From NCBI GenBank assembly GCA_963695555.1, contig CAVOGR010000007.1:704001-768000 (forward strand): 64,000 nt of DNA, given 5' to 3'. Each line of letters starts with the position of its first letter. Within the stretch, counting starts at the first letter, position 1. Below, piece after piece: positions 11,843-21,041 of the stretch. This DNA comes from an uncultured Gemmatimonadales bacterium. Its GTDB lineage: Bacteria > Gemmatimonadota > Gemmatimonadetes > Gemmatimonadales > GWC2-71-9. Below the pieces are notes generated by a model, which saw only the letters and a list, made by a program, of their open reading frames with translations, did no database searches and was not told the DNA's origin. The position numbers were made by a program, and so were the translations under genes.

Positions 11843-13003
11843 TCAGCGCGACGTCGTTCGAACGATCCGCAGGCGGCTGGCCGCTTCGCGGAGCAGATCC
11901 TCGGTCTTGCAGAAGGCAAACCGCACGAAGGTGCGCCCGTCCTCGGGCCCGCTGTAGAAGCTCGATCCCGGCACTGGTGCGACACCGATGTCACGGGTCA
12001 GCCAATGGGCAAATTCCACGTCCGACTGGTCGCTCAGGTCGGAAAAATCGGCAAGGACGTAGTAGGCACCTTCCGGATACCGCAGCCGAAACCCCGCATC
12101 CACCAGGGCCCCGCAGAGGAGGTCTCGACGGACGCGATACTCCGACGCCAGTAACCGATAGTACGACTGGTCCAACGTCTCGAGCCCTATCGCCACGGCC
12201 TCCTGAAGCGGGGCCGGCGCACCGACGGTGAGAAAGTCGTGCACTTTGCGGATAGCGTCGGTCAGATCCTGCGGAGCCACGATGGTTCCGACCCGCCACC
12301 CGGTCACGCTGAACGTCTTGGACGCGCCGCTGACGGTGACGGTCCGGTTGGCCATCTCCGGCAGCGTCGCGATTGGGATGTGCTTTCCTTCATAGTAGAT
12401 GTGCTCGTAGATCTCATCGGTGATGGCATAGGCGTCATGGCGGACACAGAGCTCCGCAATTGCCGTCAGCTCCTCGAGCGACAGCACCCGTCCCGTCGGG
12501 TTGTTCGGCGTATTGACGATGATCGCCCTGGTCTTGGGCCCGAACGCGGCGGCGAGGCGGTCGAGATCGAGCGGCTCGCCCGGGCGGAACGGGACGTAGA
12601 CCGGACGCGCGTCGCACAGGATCGCGTCCGGCCCGTAGTTCTCATAGAAGGGCTCCAATACCACCACCTCGTCGCCCGGATTCACCAGGGCGAGCATCAC
12701 CGAGGCCATAGCTTCGGTGGCGCCGCAGGTGACGGTGATTTCCGCCACCGGATCGACCGCCATCCCGTACCAAGTGGCGTACTTCGCGACGAGGGCGCGG
12801 CGCAGCCGCTCGCTGCCCCATGTAATGGCATATTGATTGATGTCGTCATGGATCGCCTGGGCGGCAGCGCGCTTGAGCACGTCGGGCGCGGGAAAATTCG
12901 GGAATCCCTGCGCCAAGTTGATGGCGCCGTGTTCGTTGGCGAGGCGGGTCATGCCCCGGATTACCGATTCGCTGAAGGTGTGCGTGCGGACCGCAGTTCG
13001 CAT
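11843..13003 (-). CDS. PLP-dependent aminotransferase class I/II (YbdL/methionine aminotransferase-like)
   Basis: INLAQGFPNF, NTPNNPTG, DEIYEH, SKTFSVTGWRVG (PLP lysine), VRFAFCK; start placed at MRTAVR. Confidence 0.9.
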   Translation of the reverse strand: MRTAVRTHTFSESVIRGMTRLANEHGAINLAQGFPNFPAPDVLKRAAAQAIHDDINQYAITWGSERLRRALVAKYATWYGMAVDPVAEITVTCGATEAMASVMLALVNPGDEVVVLEPFYENYGPDAILCDARPVYVPFRPGEPLDLDRLAAAFGPKTRAIIVNTPNNPTGRVLSLEELTAIAELCVRHDAYAITDEIYEHIYYEGKHIPIATLPEMANRTVTVSGASKTFSVTGWRVGTIVAPQDLTDAIRKVHDFLTVGAPAPLQEAVAIGLETLDQSYYRLLASEYRVRRDLLCGALVDAGFRLRYPEGAYYVLADFSDLSDQSDVEFAHWLTRDIGVAPVPGSSFYSGPEDGRTFVRFAFCKTEDLLREAASRLRIVRTTSR

Positions 13004-13127
13004 CAGGTGGCCTCGAGACAAGAGTGGTGTACCGCTGCGCCGGCGCTGGGGTTCCGATGCCCTCGGGACAAGGTAACTTTCCGGCCGGTACACGCGAGAT
13101 ATCCCCTTCACTCAGCCACAGGATCCC

Positions 13128-13550
13128 ATGGTTGGACGCGAGGTTCCCGGCCCGGACACGAAGGCCCGCATCATCCATGGCGTGATGGTGGGAGCGACGA
13201 TTGCGGTGCCCACCATTCTGGCAACGGTTCGCATCGTGGCGGGCTCGACGGGCACGGAACAACCGGCCCGGATTCTCGCGGTGATCGCCCCGGCAGCCGC
13301 AGGGTTGGCCGTGGTCGTCAGCCTCATCCTGCGTGGCCGGCTGGCATCCCAGCCGGCATCCGCGGGACGCGACGCCTGGTGGACGGCCAACCTGGGGACG
13401 GCGGTGGCCCTGTGGAGCCTGGCCGAGGGGACCGGCCTTTTGGCAGGCGTGGCATATTTCCTCACCGGCAACCTGCCTGCCACCCTGCTCGCGTTTTCCA
13501 TCGCCATTCTGCTGCTGCTCATGTACGCGCCCAGCCGTCTGGGCGAGTAA
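13128..13550 (+). CDS. Hypothetical membrane protein (about 4 TM)
   Basis: 140-aa ORF with four hydrophobic stretches, directly upstream of the M42 gene. Confidence 0.7.
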   Translation: MVGREVPGPDTKARIIHGVMVGATIAVPTILATVRIVAGSTGTEQPARILAVIAPAAAGLAVVVSLILRGRLASQPASAGRDAWWTANLGTAVALWSLAEGTGLLAGVAYFLTGNLPATLLAFSIAILLLLMYAPSRLGE

Positions 13551-13577
13551 CACTTTTCACCTCAGGGCTTCGCCATC

Positions 13578-14645
13578 ATGAATCAGCGCGCGCTTGACTT
13601 CCTCACGTCCCTGCTCGATGCCCCCGGCCCATCGGGGTTCGAAATGCTGCCGGCCCGGGCCTGGCGCCGTGAGGCCGAGACATTCGCCGACGAGGTCCGC
13701 GTCGATGTCGGCGGTAACTCGTACGCCATCATCAACTCCACCGGCCGTCCCCACATCATGTTCGCCGGGCACATCGATGAAATCGGCCTCATGGTCGTGC
13801 ATATCGATGACGAGGGGTTCCTGTCATTCGACACGATCGGCGGCTGGGATCACCAAGTGTTCGTTGGGCAGCGCGTTGTGCTCCTGGGACGTGACGCAGT
13901 TGTGCATGGGGTCATTGGGAAGAAGGCGATTCACCTCATGGAGGAGGAAGACCGTAAGAAGGTCTCCAAGGCGAGCGACCTCTGGATCGACATCGGCGCG
14001 GCGACCAAGGCCGAGGCCCTGGCGCGCGTGCGCGTTGGCGATCCCGGTGTGCTGGCCTCGCAGGTCCAGCGATTCCCCAATGGCCGCCTCGTGAGCCGCA
14101 GCATCGACGACCGGATCGGAGCGTTTGTGGTTCTGGAGGCGTTGCGCCTGCTGGCCAAAGACCGTCCAACTGCGGCCGTGACCGCCGTAGCGACGTCACA
14201 GGAAGAGATCGGCTACTCCGGCGGCGGTGCGCGAACGTCGGCGACCGGGCTCGAAGCCGACGTGGCCATCGTCGTGGACGTGACGCATGCGACCGACCAT
14301 CCTGGTGCCGAGAAGAGGAAGCATGGCGACATCAAACTTGGAGCGGGACCCGTGCTTAGTCGGGGATCCGTGGTCAGTACCGTGGTCTTCGAACGACTGC
14401 TCGAGGCGGCAGAGGCCGAGGGGATTCCCTACGCCCTCCAGGCGGCTCCCCGGGTTACCGGAACCGATGCGGATGCAATATCAACCGCGCATCGCGGCGT
14501 AGCCACGGGACTCGTGTCCGTGCCAAACCGCTACATGCACAGCCCGAATGAAATGGTCATGTTGGAAGATCTGGAGCGTGCGGCACACCTGCTCGCCGCG
14601 TTTGCGCGGCGGACTGGCCCTGATTCCAAGTTTTCGCCGGAGTAG
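13578..14645 (+). CDS. M42 family metallo-aminopeptidase
   Basis: GPSGFE, AGHIDEIG, DDRIG, QEEIG, VDVTH, GTDAD, RYMHSP. Confidence 0.92.
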   Translation: MNQRALDFLTSLLDAPGPSGFEMLPARAWRREAETFADEVRVDVGGNSYAIINSTGRPHIMFAGHIDEIGLMVVHIDDEGFLSFDTIGGWDHQVFVGQRVVLLGRDAVVHGVIGKKAIHLMEEEDRKKVSKASDLWIDIGAATKAEALARVRVGDPGVLASQVQRFPNGRLVSRSIDDRIGAFVVLEALRLLAKDRPTAAVTAVATSQEEIGYSGGGARTSATGLEADVAIVVDVTHATDHPGAEKRKHGDIKLGAGPVLSRGSVVSTVVFERLLEAAEAEGIPYALQAAPRVTGTDADAISTAHRGVATGLVSVPNRYMHSPNEMVMLEDLERAAHLLAAFARRTGPDSKFSPE

Positions 14646-14650
14646 GACGA

Positions 14651-16165
14651 TCAGTCGTCGGTTCTGAGATCGGCCAAGCCCTGCTGGGCCGCCTCTCGAA
14701 CCGACTCGTCATCATCGGTAAGGAAGTCCTGCAGTGCGCTGGTGGCCACCGGTCCACCCGCGAGGCCGAGCCCTTCCACTGCCGCGACGCGGGCGGCCGA
14801 CCGCTTTCGTCCGAACACTTTTCGCTTGGGCTCCGCAGAGCGCAACAGCGTCTGGACGGCGTCCGGCGAGCCGATCCGCCCCAAGGCCAGGCAGATCTCC
14901 TGCAACACCTCCGGGTTGTCCTCTTCCTCCAACCGGAGAGAGAGTGTCATGACGAGGCCCCGCCCTGTTTCACGGTTGATGCCCTGCACGGCATCGAGCC
15001 GGACCATGACCGAGGAATCCCACAGTGCCTTCCGAAGCGACTGGGCCACGGCGGGCGATCCGATCTTGCCCAACGCCGCAGCGACGGCTCGGCGCACCCG
15101 CTCATCCTCGTGCTCAACCTGTGATGAGAGTGACGGAATGGCGTCGATCAAACGCAGCTCGCCGCACAGCTCCGCGATGTTTCGCACCACAAACCAGTCT
15201 TGATGGTCGAGTCGGTTGATGATTCCACGCTTCCCCTCCCGCATGTGGCTCAACATGCTGAAATAGCCACGTCGTTCGGCCAGGGTCGGTGCGGCCGCCA
15301 GGAGCTCCAGCAGCACCTCGGTCGGCTCCGCGCCGAGCCGATTGAAGAGCGCGACTGCATCGGACCGGCCGATTCCTTCCATTGCCACCATGCGAGCGAG
15401 AGTCTCCTGGACTGGGCGCGGCAGGACGCGGCGTAACAACGTCACATAGCGTTCCTTGATCCGCGGATCCGTCTCGTGCGCCTCTTCCTGAAAGAGCTGA
15501 ATGAGGAGCTTCAGGAACTCGTCCCAGTCCCCACGCTCGGAGGCCGCCCTGACCCGCGGCTCGATCTCCTTGAGGAGGCTTCCCTTACGGGGATCCGGTT
15601 GGATCGGTCCGATCAGGTATTCCTCGTCCCCCGGAGCCGGCCGTATGAGGCCCGGCAAGAGGCCCGCACCGGACTCGTCAATGCGAGCCTCGGGCGCCTG
15701 GGTCCCTGCCGCCATTTCATCCCCATCGGAATCCGCGCTCGGGAGGTTGATGAGACCATCCGCCGCCGGCATGTCATGGCCGGTCAGGACCTGGATCTCT
15801 CCGGTGCTCGCAGGATCGAATTGGTCGATGAACTCCTGGGAGCTGCCCGGAGTGCCGGGATGGGCCAGCGCTCGGAGGAGGGCCAGGAGCATGGCCGGGT
15901 GCACCCGAGGAGGGATTCGAATCTCGCGAATTCCCGCGCCCCGCATGGCATCCTGCAGCTCGCCCAGTCCGGGTGTGCCGGCCGGCAGGACGAAGCCGCC
16001 GACCGCGAGCCCCGAGCTGTCCACCGAGAAGCGGAGGCCGTCATCGACCAGCTCGGCTTGCAGGTCCAGAAAGGCCGCCTTGTGCTGTTCGCGGGCCTCC
16101 GGCGCCACGCGCAGGAGATGCACGAGTTGCGCGAGCTTAGTGGCGATGGATGACGGTGCGCTCAT
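14651..16165 (-). CDS. HEAT-repeat domain protein
   Basis: C-terminal PBS-HEAT-like repeats (WFVVRNIAELCG, ERVRRAVAAALGKIG, QEICLALGRIG, ESVREAAQQGL); start placed at MSAPSS. Confidence 0.8.
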   Translation of the reverse strand: MSAPSSIATKLAQLVHLLRVAPEAREQHKAAFLDLQAELVDDGLRFSVDSSGLAVGGFVLPAGTPGLGELQDAMRGAGIREIRIPPRVHPAMLLALLRALAHPGTPGSSQEFIDQFDPASTGEIQVLTGHDMPAADGLINLPSADSDGDEMAAGTQAPEARIDESGAGLLPGLIRPAPGDEEYLIGPIQPDPRKGSLLKEIEPRVRAASERGDWDEFLKLLIQLFQEEAHETDPRIKERYVTLLRRVLPRPVQETLARMVAMEGIGRSDAVALFNRLGAEPTEVLLELLAAAPTLAERRGYFSMLSHMREGKRGIINRLDHQDWFVVRNIAELCGELRLIDAIPSLSSQVEHEDERVRRAVAAALGKIGSPAVAQSLRKALWDSSVMVRLDAVQGINRETGRGLVMTLSLRLEEEDNPEVLQEICLALGRIGSPDAVQTLLRSAEPKRKVFGRKRSAARVAAVEGLGLAGGPVATSALQDFLTDDDESVREAAQQGLADLRTDD

Positions 16166-16202
16166 GACGCTCGGAGAAGGGCTGCCAAGAGTTGGGTGGT
16201 GT

Positions 16203-17030
16203 TCAAGATACCGGGGCGCCGGAAGGGCGGCAACGTTCTGCGAGGGCCCGGGCCACATCGGTGGCCCGCCAGGAATCGGTGGCGAGCGAGAGCCGCTGCG
16301 CCAACAGCGCGGGGGCCGGCAGCGGTAGGCCCAAGGCGTCACCATCAGCAAGCACCCCGGCCACGTCACCGTCACGAACGATGTGCCTGTCGCGCAGGAC
16401 CACAGCCCGATCGAGAACCTCGATGGCAAAGTCCGTGTCGTGACTCACCGCAAGCACGGCGCATCCCCCATCCCGACGGGCACGCACAACTCGGGCTACG
16501 GTTTGCCGCGAGACCCGATCCAATCCATTGGTCGGCTCGTCCAGGATGAGTAAGCGCGGACCGACTACCAGCGCGCAGGCCAGCGCCACGAGCCTGCGAC
16601 GGGCAGCCGGAAGGTCGTAGGGATGGACAAGAGCCACATCGGTGAGTTCAAGCTCGTCGAGAATGGTCGCGGTGGCCTCGGTGGTTTGGGCCGCGGGCCA
16701 ACCGAGCTGCCTGGGGCCAAACCCGATCTCAGCCTGAACACTGCGCTCGACCAGCTGCGCCTCGGGGTTCTGGAACAGGTAGCCCACCGAGGCTGCGAGG
16801 TCCTCCGGTCCAAGGCCGTCGGTTGATCGATTCACGGTTGTCACCGTGCCGCGCGAAGGGTGCCGCATCGCCATCGCCAAGCGGGTGAGGGTGGTCTTCC
16901 CCGCCCCATTGGAGCCCAGCAGCGCCACACCCTCCCCTGCCGTGATCTCGAGCGACACGCCCTCGAGCACGGGCGTCGACCCGTAGGCGAAGTCCACAGT
17001 CGACATTCGGAGCACCACGTTCATCGCCAC
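16203..17030 (-). CDS. ECF transporter ATPase (EcfA/CbiO-like), degenerate signature motif
   Basis: Walker A GSNGAGKTT, Q-loop FQNPEAQ, Walker B LILDEPT, H-switch VSHD; signature reads YDLPAARRR. Confidence 0.88.
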   Translation of the reverse strand: MAMNVVLRMSTVDFAYGSTPVLEGVSLEITAGEGVALLGSNGAGKTTLTRLAMAMRHPSRGTVTTVNRSTDGLGPEDLAASVGYLFQNPEAQLVERSVQAEIGFGPRQLGWPAAQTTEATATILDELELTDVALVHPYDLPAARRRLVALACALVVGPRLLILDEPTNGLDRVSRQTVARVVRARRDGGCAVLAVSHDTDFAIEVLDRAVVLRDRHIVRDGDVAGVLADGDALGLPLPAPALLAQRLSLATDSWRATDVARALAERCRPSGAPVS

Positions 17031-17860
17031 CGGACAAGCCCCTCCGCCACCGTCACCGGATAAGGCGCAGCGAGAAGCGGCGATTCAACCAGCCGCCCGG
17101 CGGCGCGCGCCAATCCCGCGACAGAGGTGGATCCCGGCCCTCGGTCCCAAATCGCGTCACCCGCGAGCACGACGCCCGGTGCCCCGTCCAGCACCGGGCG
17201 TCCGTCGTTCAGCACGATCACACGATCGGCCACCGTCGAGAGTGCGTCGGCGTCTTCACTGGCCAGGATCACGATCGCGCCGGCATCCGCCTCGGCACGG
17301 AACAATTCGTAAGTCCGAATCCGACCGCTCTGGTCGAGCGACGACGCAGGCTCGTCGAGCAACCAGACTTTCGGTTGGAGCACCGCCATCGAGGCGATGA
17401 CGGTGCGCTGCAACTCTCCCCCGGACAGCGTCCGCGGTGAGCGATGGGCCAGATGCTCGATCCCCAACAACCCCAGCGCCCGGTCTGCGGCCGACCGGAT
17501 GCGCTCGATGGGCCAGCCGAGGTTTGCCGGGGTGAACGCCACCTCCTCCCAAACCGTGGCGGCGATACCCGAGAGTTGGAGCTCCGGGGTGGCGGTGACG
17601 AATCCAATCTGGCCGGACCGGGCCGATTCGGTCGTCTGGGGATCTCGGCCCAAGAGCGAGACCGTGCCGGCGAGCGTGCCGCCGGTGTGGCGCGGAGCGA
17701 GACCCGCCGCGACGAGGAGCAACGTGGTGCATCCCGCGCCGAGCGGCCCGAACAGCCAGGTGATTTCCCCGGCCCGAAACTCGAGCGATACGCCATCCAA
17801 GACGTCGATCGTGCTGGCGGCATACCGAAACGACACCCCGTCGAAGGTCACATCGGCCAC
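17021..17860 (-). CDS. ECF transporter ATPase (EcfA-like), degenerate Walker A and H-switch
   Basis: GTG start at 17860 (VADVTFDGVSFRY); GPLGAGCTT, LSGGELQR, LLDEPASSLD, LASEDAD. Confidence 0.85.
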   Translation of the reverse strand: MADVTFDGVSFRYAASTIDVLDGVSLEFRAGEITWLFGPLGAGCTTLLLVAAGLAPRHTGGTLAGTVSLLGRDPQTTESARSGQIGFVTATPELQLSGIAATVWEEVAFTPANLGWPIERIRSAADRALGLLGIEHLAHRSPRTLSGGELQRTVIASMAVLQPKVWLLDEPASSLDQSGRIRTYELFRAEADAGAIVILASEDADALSTVADRVIVLNDGRPVLDGAPGVVLAGDAIWDRGPGSTSVAGLARAAGRLVESPLLAAPYPVTVAEGLVRWR

Positions 17861-18609
17861 GACGTGAGCCTCCCGACAAGGGCAAGCAGCACCAGGAGCA
17901 AGAGACTCCATCGAATCGTGCGATCGGCCAGCGTATCCGCCGGCGGATCGAGCGGCGTTCGCTTCCCCCCGACGGCTACGGCACGCATCTCGAGCGCGTG
18001 GGCGCGTTCGTCGACTTCGGCAAGAGCACCGAGAATGAGGGGAAGGGCGAGGGGAACAACGGCACGGGCGCGGGCCAAGGCGCCGCCGCTGTACCGAAGG
18101 CCGCGGGTCCGCTGTGCCTCGATGCTGGCACCGGCCCGATCCAGGAACGCCGGCAGCGCATGAAGCGTGGCAACGAAGAGATAGGAGAAATGCATCGGCC
18201 ATCCTCGGGCCGCCACGGCATTCAGGAACCGTGATGGATCGAAGGCGTGGTAGAAGCCGAGCGAGGCGGTGATGATGGCGCCGAAGCGGCCCGCTTGCAC
18301 CAGCGCCGCTATTGTGCCATCGGCGGAAAGCGTGAGCGGCCCCAGGCTCGTCGTCGGGCCGCCGCCCAAGAGCCCGTGCAGGACGAAGAGAAAGACCCAG
18401 AGCGGCAGGCACACGATCACGCCCTGCCGGATGGCGCGCCCCACGCCGCAGATGGCGACCAGGACGACGCAGGCTCCATACAAAAGGAGGGGTCCCCACG
18501 GTGTTGGAACGAGGAACGCCAGCACCGTCACCGCAATTGCGGTGGACAAACCGGTCAGAGGATGGGCCCGGCGGGCGAGGCCGGGTGATGCAGCGCCGGG
18601 AGCCGTCAC
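17848..18609 (-). CDS. ECF transporter transmembrane component T (EcfT/CbiQ)
   Basis: Multi-TM protein; EAQRTRG and ALEMRA correspond to the two conserved X-Arg-X coupling motifs. Confidence 0.85.
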   Translation of the reverse strand: MTAPGAASPGLARRAHPLTGLSTAIAVTVLAFLVPTPWGPLLLYGACVVLVAICGVGRAIRQGVIVCLPLWVFLFVLHGLLGGGPTTSLGPLTLSADGTIAALVQAGRFGAIITASLGFYHAFDPSRFLNAVAARGWPMHFSYLFVATLHALPAFLDRAGASIEAQRTRGLRYSGGALARARAVVPLALPLILGALAEVDERAHALEMRAVAVGGKRTPLDPPADTLADRTIRWSLLLLVLLALVGRLTSWPM

Positions 18610-19175
18610 CGGCCCAGCGCGCGGAGAGCCAGCGGGTAACGACTGATCATGCGCACGGGGAGGCTTCGGAGCGCGACCCCCACCAACGCAAACGTCAGCG
18701 CCTTATCGATCACATCGGTCACCAGGCTCGAGAGCGCGACGGCCCATGGTAGATCAGTCCCTGCACCGACCAGCACGGTGGTCAGGAAGGTGACACCCCC
18801 TGCCGTCACGCCCTTGAAGGCCAGGTACGAGATGAAGGCTGAGAGGGCCCCGCCGGCCAAACCCAGCAGGCATCCCCAGACGATGGACACGCCAAAGTTT
18901 CGAAACCCGCCCTGCCGTGCCGCGAAATAGGCGAGGAGGGCGATCAATACCTGGATCGGAGCAAACGCGAGCCACACGTATCCGGACACGAACGCGGCGA
19001 AAACCTGGCTGATCAGACCGGTGGCAATACCGGCGCCCAGGCCCGCCAAGGCTGAAACGAGTATGGTGCCAACCGCGTCGAGATATACCGGGAGGCTGAG
19101 CTCCGCGACAATCCGGCCGATCGCCACGTTGATGGCCACGGCCAGCGGAATGAGTGCGAGAAGACGAGAAGACAC
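18606..19175 (-). CDS. ECF transporter substrate-specific S component
   Basis: 189 aa, about 6 TM, AVAIN...LPVYLDAVGT...DVIDK; overlaps ecfT by 4 nt. Confidence 0.8.
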   Translation of the reverse strand: MSSRLLALIPLAVAINVAIGRIVAELSLPVYLDAVGTILVSALAGLGAGIATGLISQVFAAFVSGYVWLAFAPIQVLIALLAYFAARQGGFRNFGVSIVWGCLLGLAGGALSAFISYLAFKGVTAGGVTFLTTVLVGAGTDLPWAVALSSLVTDVIDKALTFALVGVALRSLPVRMISRYPLALRALGR

Positions 19176-19287
19176 GAAGACGCCGGCCCTGGTTATGATT
19201 CATGCTCCGCGAAACGCCCGAGGCCCTGGAACCCTGCCTGGGCAACGAGACCGTCAACCCTGATAAACTACCTAGGCTCATCGACTT

Positions 19288-20553
19288 ATGAAACGCATCA
19301 TTGTTCTGGCCGTTCTGCTGGCGGGCCCGGCGGCTAGTCTATCCGCCCAGCGCACACCCGCAGCCCGCCAGGTGCTCGAAGACATCCAATTCCTTGCCGA
19401 TGACCGTCTGGGCGGCCGCCTGACCGGATCCGCCGGGGCGGACACCGCCGCCGCATACCTGATCCGGCGCATGGAACAGGCGGGGCTGCAAGCACCGCCG
19501 TCCGGGTGGATCCAACAGTTTGTGGTGGCGGCTGATGCCCCAATGGCACAGCACACCGGCGCGGGGGGGGTCACCGGAGGCAACGTGATCGGCGTCCTGC
19601 CCGGGCGTGACCCCGAGCTTCGCAATGAGACCGTCATCGTCGGCGCCCACTATGATCATCTCGGGCTGGGTGGCGCCGGCGCTCTCGACCCAGACAACAC
19701 TGGGTTCGTCCACAACGGCGCGGACGACAACGCGTCGGGAACGTCGGCCCTGCTCTACATCGCACGCCGGCTGAGTGGCAATCCGCCCGCCCGCACGGTC
19801 GTGTTCATCTCGTTCAGCGGAGAGGAACTCGGGTTGCTCGGATCCTCGTTCTATACCAAGAACCCGGTGTACCCTCTCGCCCGGACAGTGGCGATGGTCA
19901 ATCTCGACATGGTCGGCCGCCTTCGGAACGACCGGTTGCTCGCGTTTGGCGTCGAGACAGCCACCGAATTTCCGACCTTGCTCGACTCGCTCAACTGGTA
20001 CGCCGGCTTCGACCTCAAGGCTTCGGGCGACGGGTACGGTCCCAGCGATCACGCGTCGTTCTACGCCGCCAAGCTTCCGGTGATCCACCTGTTCACCGAT
20101 TTGCACGAGGACTACCATCGCGCGAGCGATGACGCCGACAAGATCAATGCCGATGGATTGGTGCGCGTGGCCGACTTCGCCGTCGGCCTGGTGCAGGCGC
20201 TGGCCAACCGGCAGCAGAGCCTGACCTACGTGGAACGCCCGGCGCCAGCGCCGCGCGTAGCCAGTGACAGTCCCGGTGGGGAGCGCGCCTGGTTCGGGTC
20301 CATTCCCGACATGGCCGGCGGCGTGACCGGCGTGCGATTCTCGGGCGTCAGCAAGGGAAGTCCGGCCGAGCAGGCGGGCATGCAGACCGGCGACATCCTG
20401 ATTCGGCTCGGAGCCTATGAAATCGAGAACCTCCAGGCCATGTCCGACGCGCTGGGGACCTACAAGCCCGGCGACGAGGCCGAAGCCGTCGTGCTCCGCG
20501 GGGGCCAGGAACTCCGGTTCCGCGTGACGTTTGCCAGCCGGTCCAATCGGTGA
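19288..20553 (+). CDS. Secreted M28 family peptidase with C-terminal PDZ domain
   Basis: Signal peptide; GAHYDH, GADDNASG, GEELGL, NLDMVGR, SDHASF, DYH; PDZ GSPAEQAGMQTGDI. Confidence 0.92.
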   Translation: MKRIIVLAVLLAGPAASLSAQRTPAARQVLEDIQFLADDRLGGRLTGSAGADTAAAYLIRRMEQAGLQAPPSGWIQQFVVAADAPMAQHTGAGGVTGGNVIGVLPGRDPELRNETVIVGAHYDHLGLGGAGALDPDNTGFVHNGADDNASGTSALLYIARRLSGNPPARTVVFISFSGEELGLLGSSFYTKNPVYPLARTVAMVNLDMVGRLRNDRLLAFGVETATEFPTLLDSLNWYAGFDLKASGDGYGPSDHASFYAAKLPVIHLFTDLHEDYHRASDDADKINADGLVRVADFAVGLVQALANRQQSLTYVERPAPAPRVASDSPGGERAWFGSIPDMAGGVTGVRFSGVSKGSPAEQAGMQTGDILIRLGAYEIENLQAMSDALGTYKPGDEAEAVVLRGGQELRFRVTFASRSNR

Positions 20554-21005
20554 CCGTACTCCCCGCGGACCACGTGGTCGCCGCCCTGCGGGGAGCGTTT
20601 GCGCGCGAGGCGACACGTGCCGAGTTGCTCCAGCTCGCGGCCACCAAGATTCAGGCGGCCGGTCCGCCGTACACGTCGGTATACCTCTATATGGTGGACG
20701 GAGAGGAACTCGTCCTGGACGCGTATGCCGGCCGAGCCACGGAGCATACCAGAATTCCGGTGGGCCAGGGCATCTGCGGCACGGCAGTGGCGACGGGCAC
20801 GGACCAGAACATCGGCGATGTCAGTCAGGCGTCCGGATATCTGGCGTGCAACCTCGAGACCGCGTCGGAGTTGGTAGTGCTGATTCGCCGCGGCGGTACG
20901 ATCCTCGGACAGATCGACGTCGACAGCGACCTCCCCGATCCCTTCACAGCCGAGGAGGAGTCCGCTGTTCGGCGCGTGGCGGACGCGATCGCGGTCCTGT
21001 TGTGA
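20550..21005 (+). CDS. GAF-domain protein, free methionine-R-sulfoxide reductase (MsrC/YebR)-like
   Basis: RIPVGQGICG, YLAC, SELVVLI, GQIDVDS. Confidence 0.8.
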   Translation: MTVLPADHVVAALRGAFAREATRAELLQLAATKIQAAGPPYTSVYLYMVDGEELVLDAYAGRATEHTRIPVGQGICGTAVATGTDQNIGDVSQASGYLACNLETASELVVLIRRGGTILGQIDVDSDLPDPFTAEEESAVRRVADAIAVLL

Positions 21006-21041
21006 GCTGGGGTTCGAATCGGCCACGCTGATCGGCTGCAG

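Noticed and set aside
17861..18499. Long N-terminal extensions in the ORF track (also 16166-16429, 29645-30406, 39432-39761, 47259-47522, 60696-60836)
   Set aside because: They overlap neighbouring real genes and are Arg/Pro-rich noise; later starts were chosen.
19228..19257. GGAACC...GTCAA sigmaE-like motif before the M28 peptidase
   Set aside because: Spacing is about 2 nt longer than the usual consensus and there is no second copy.
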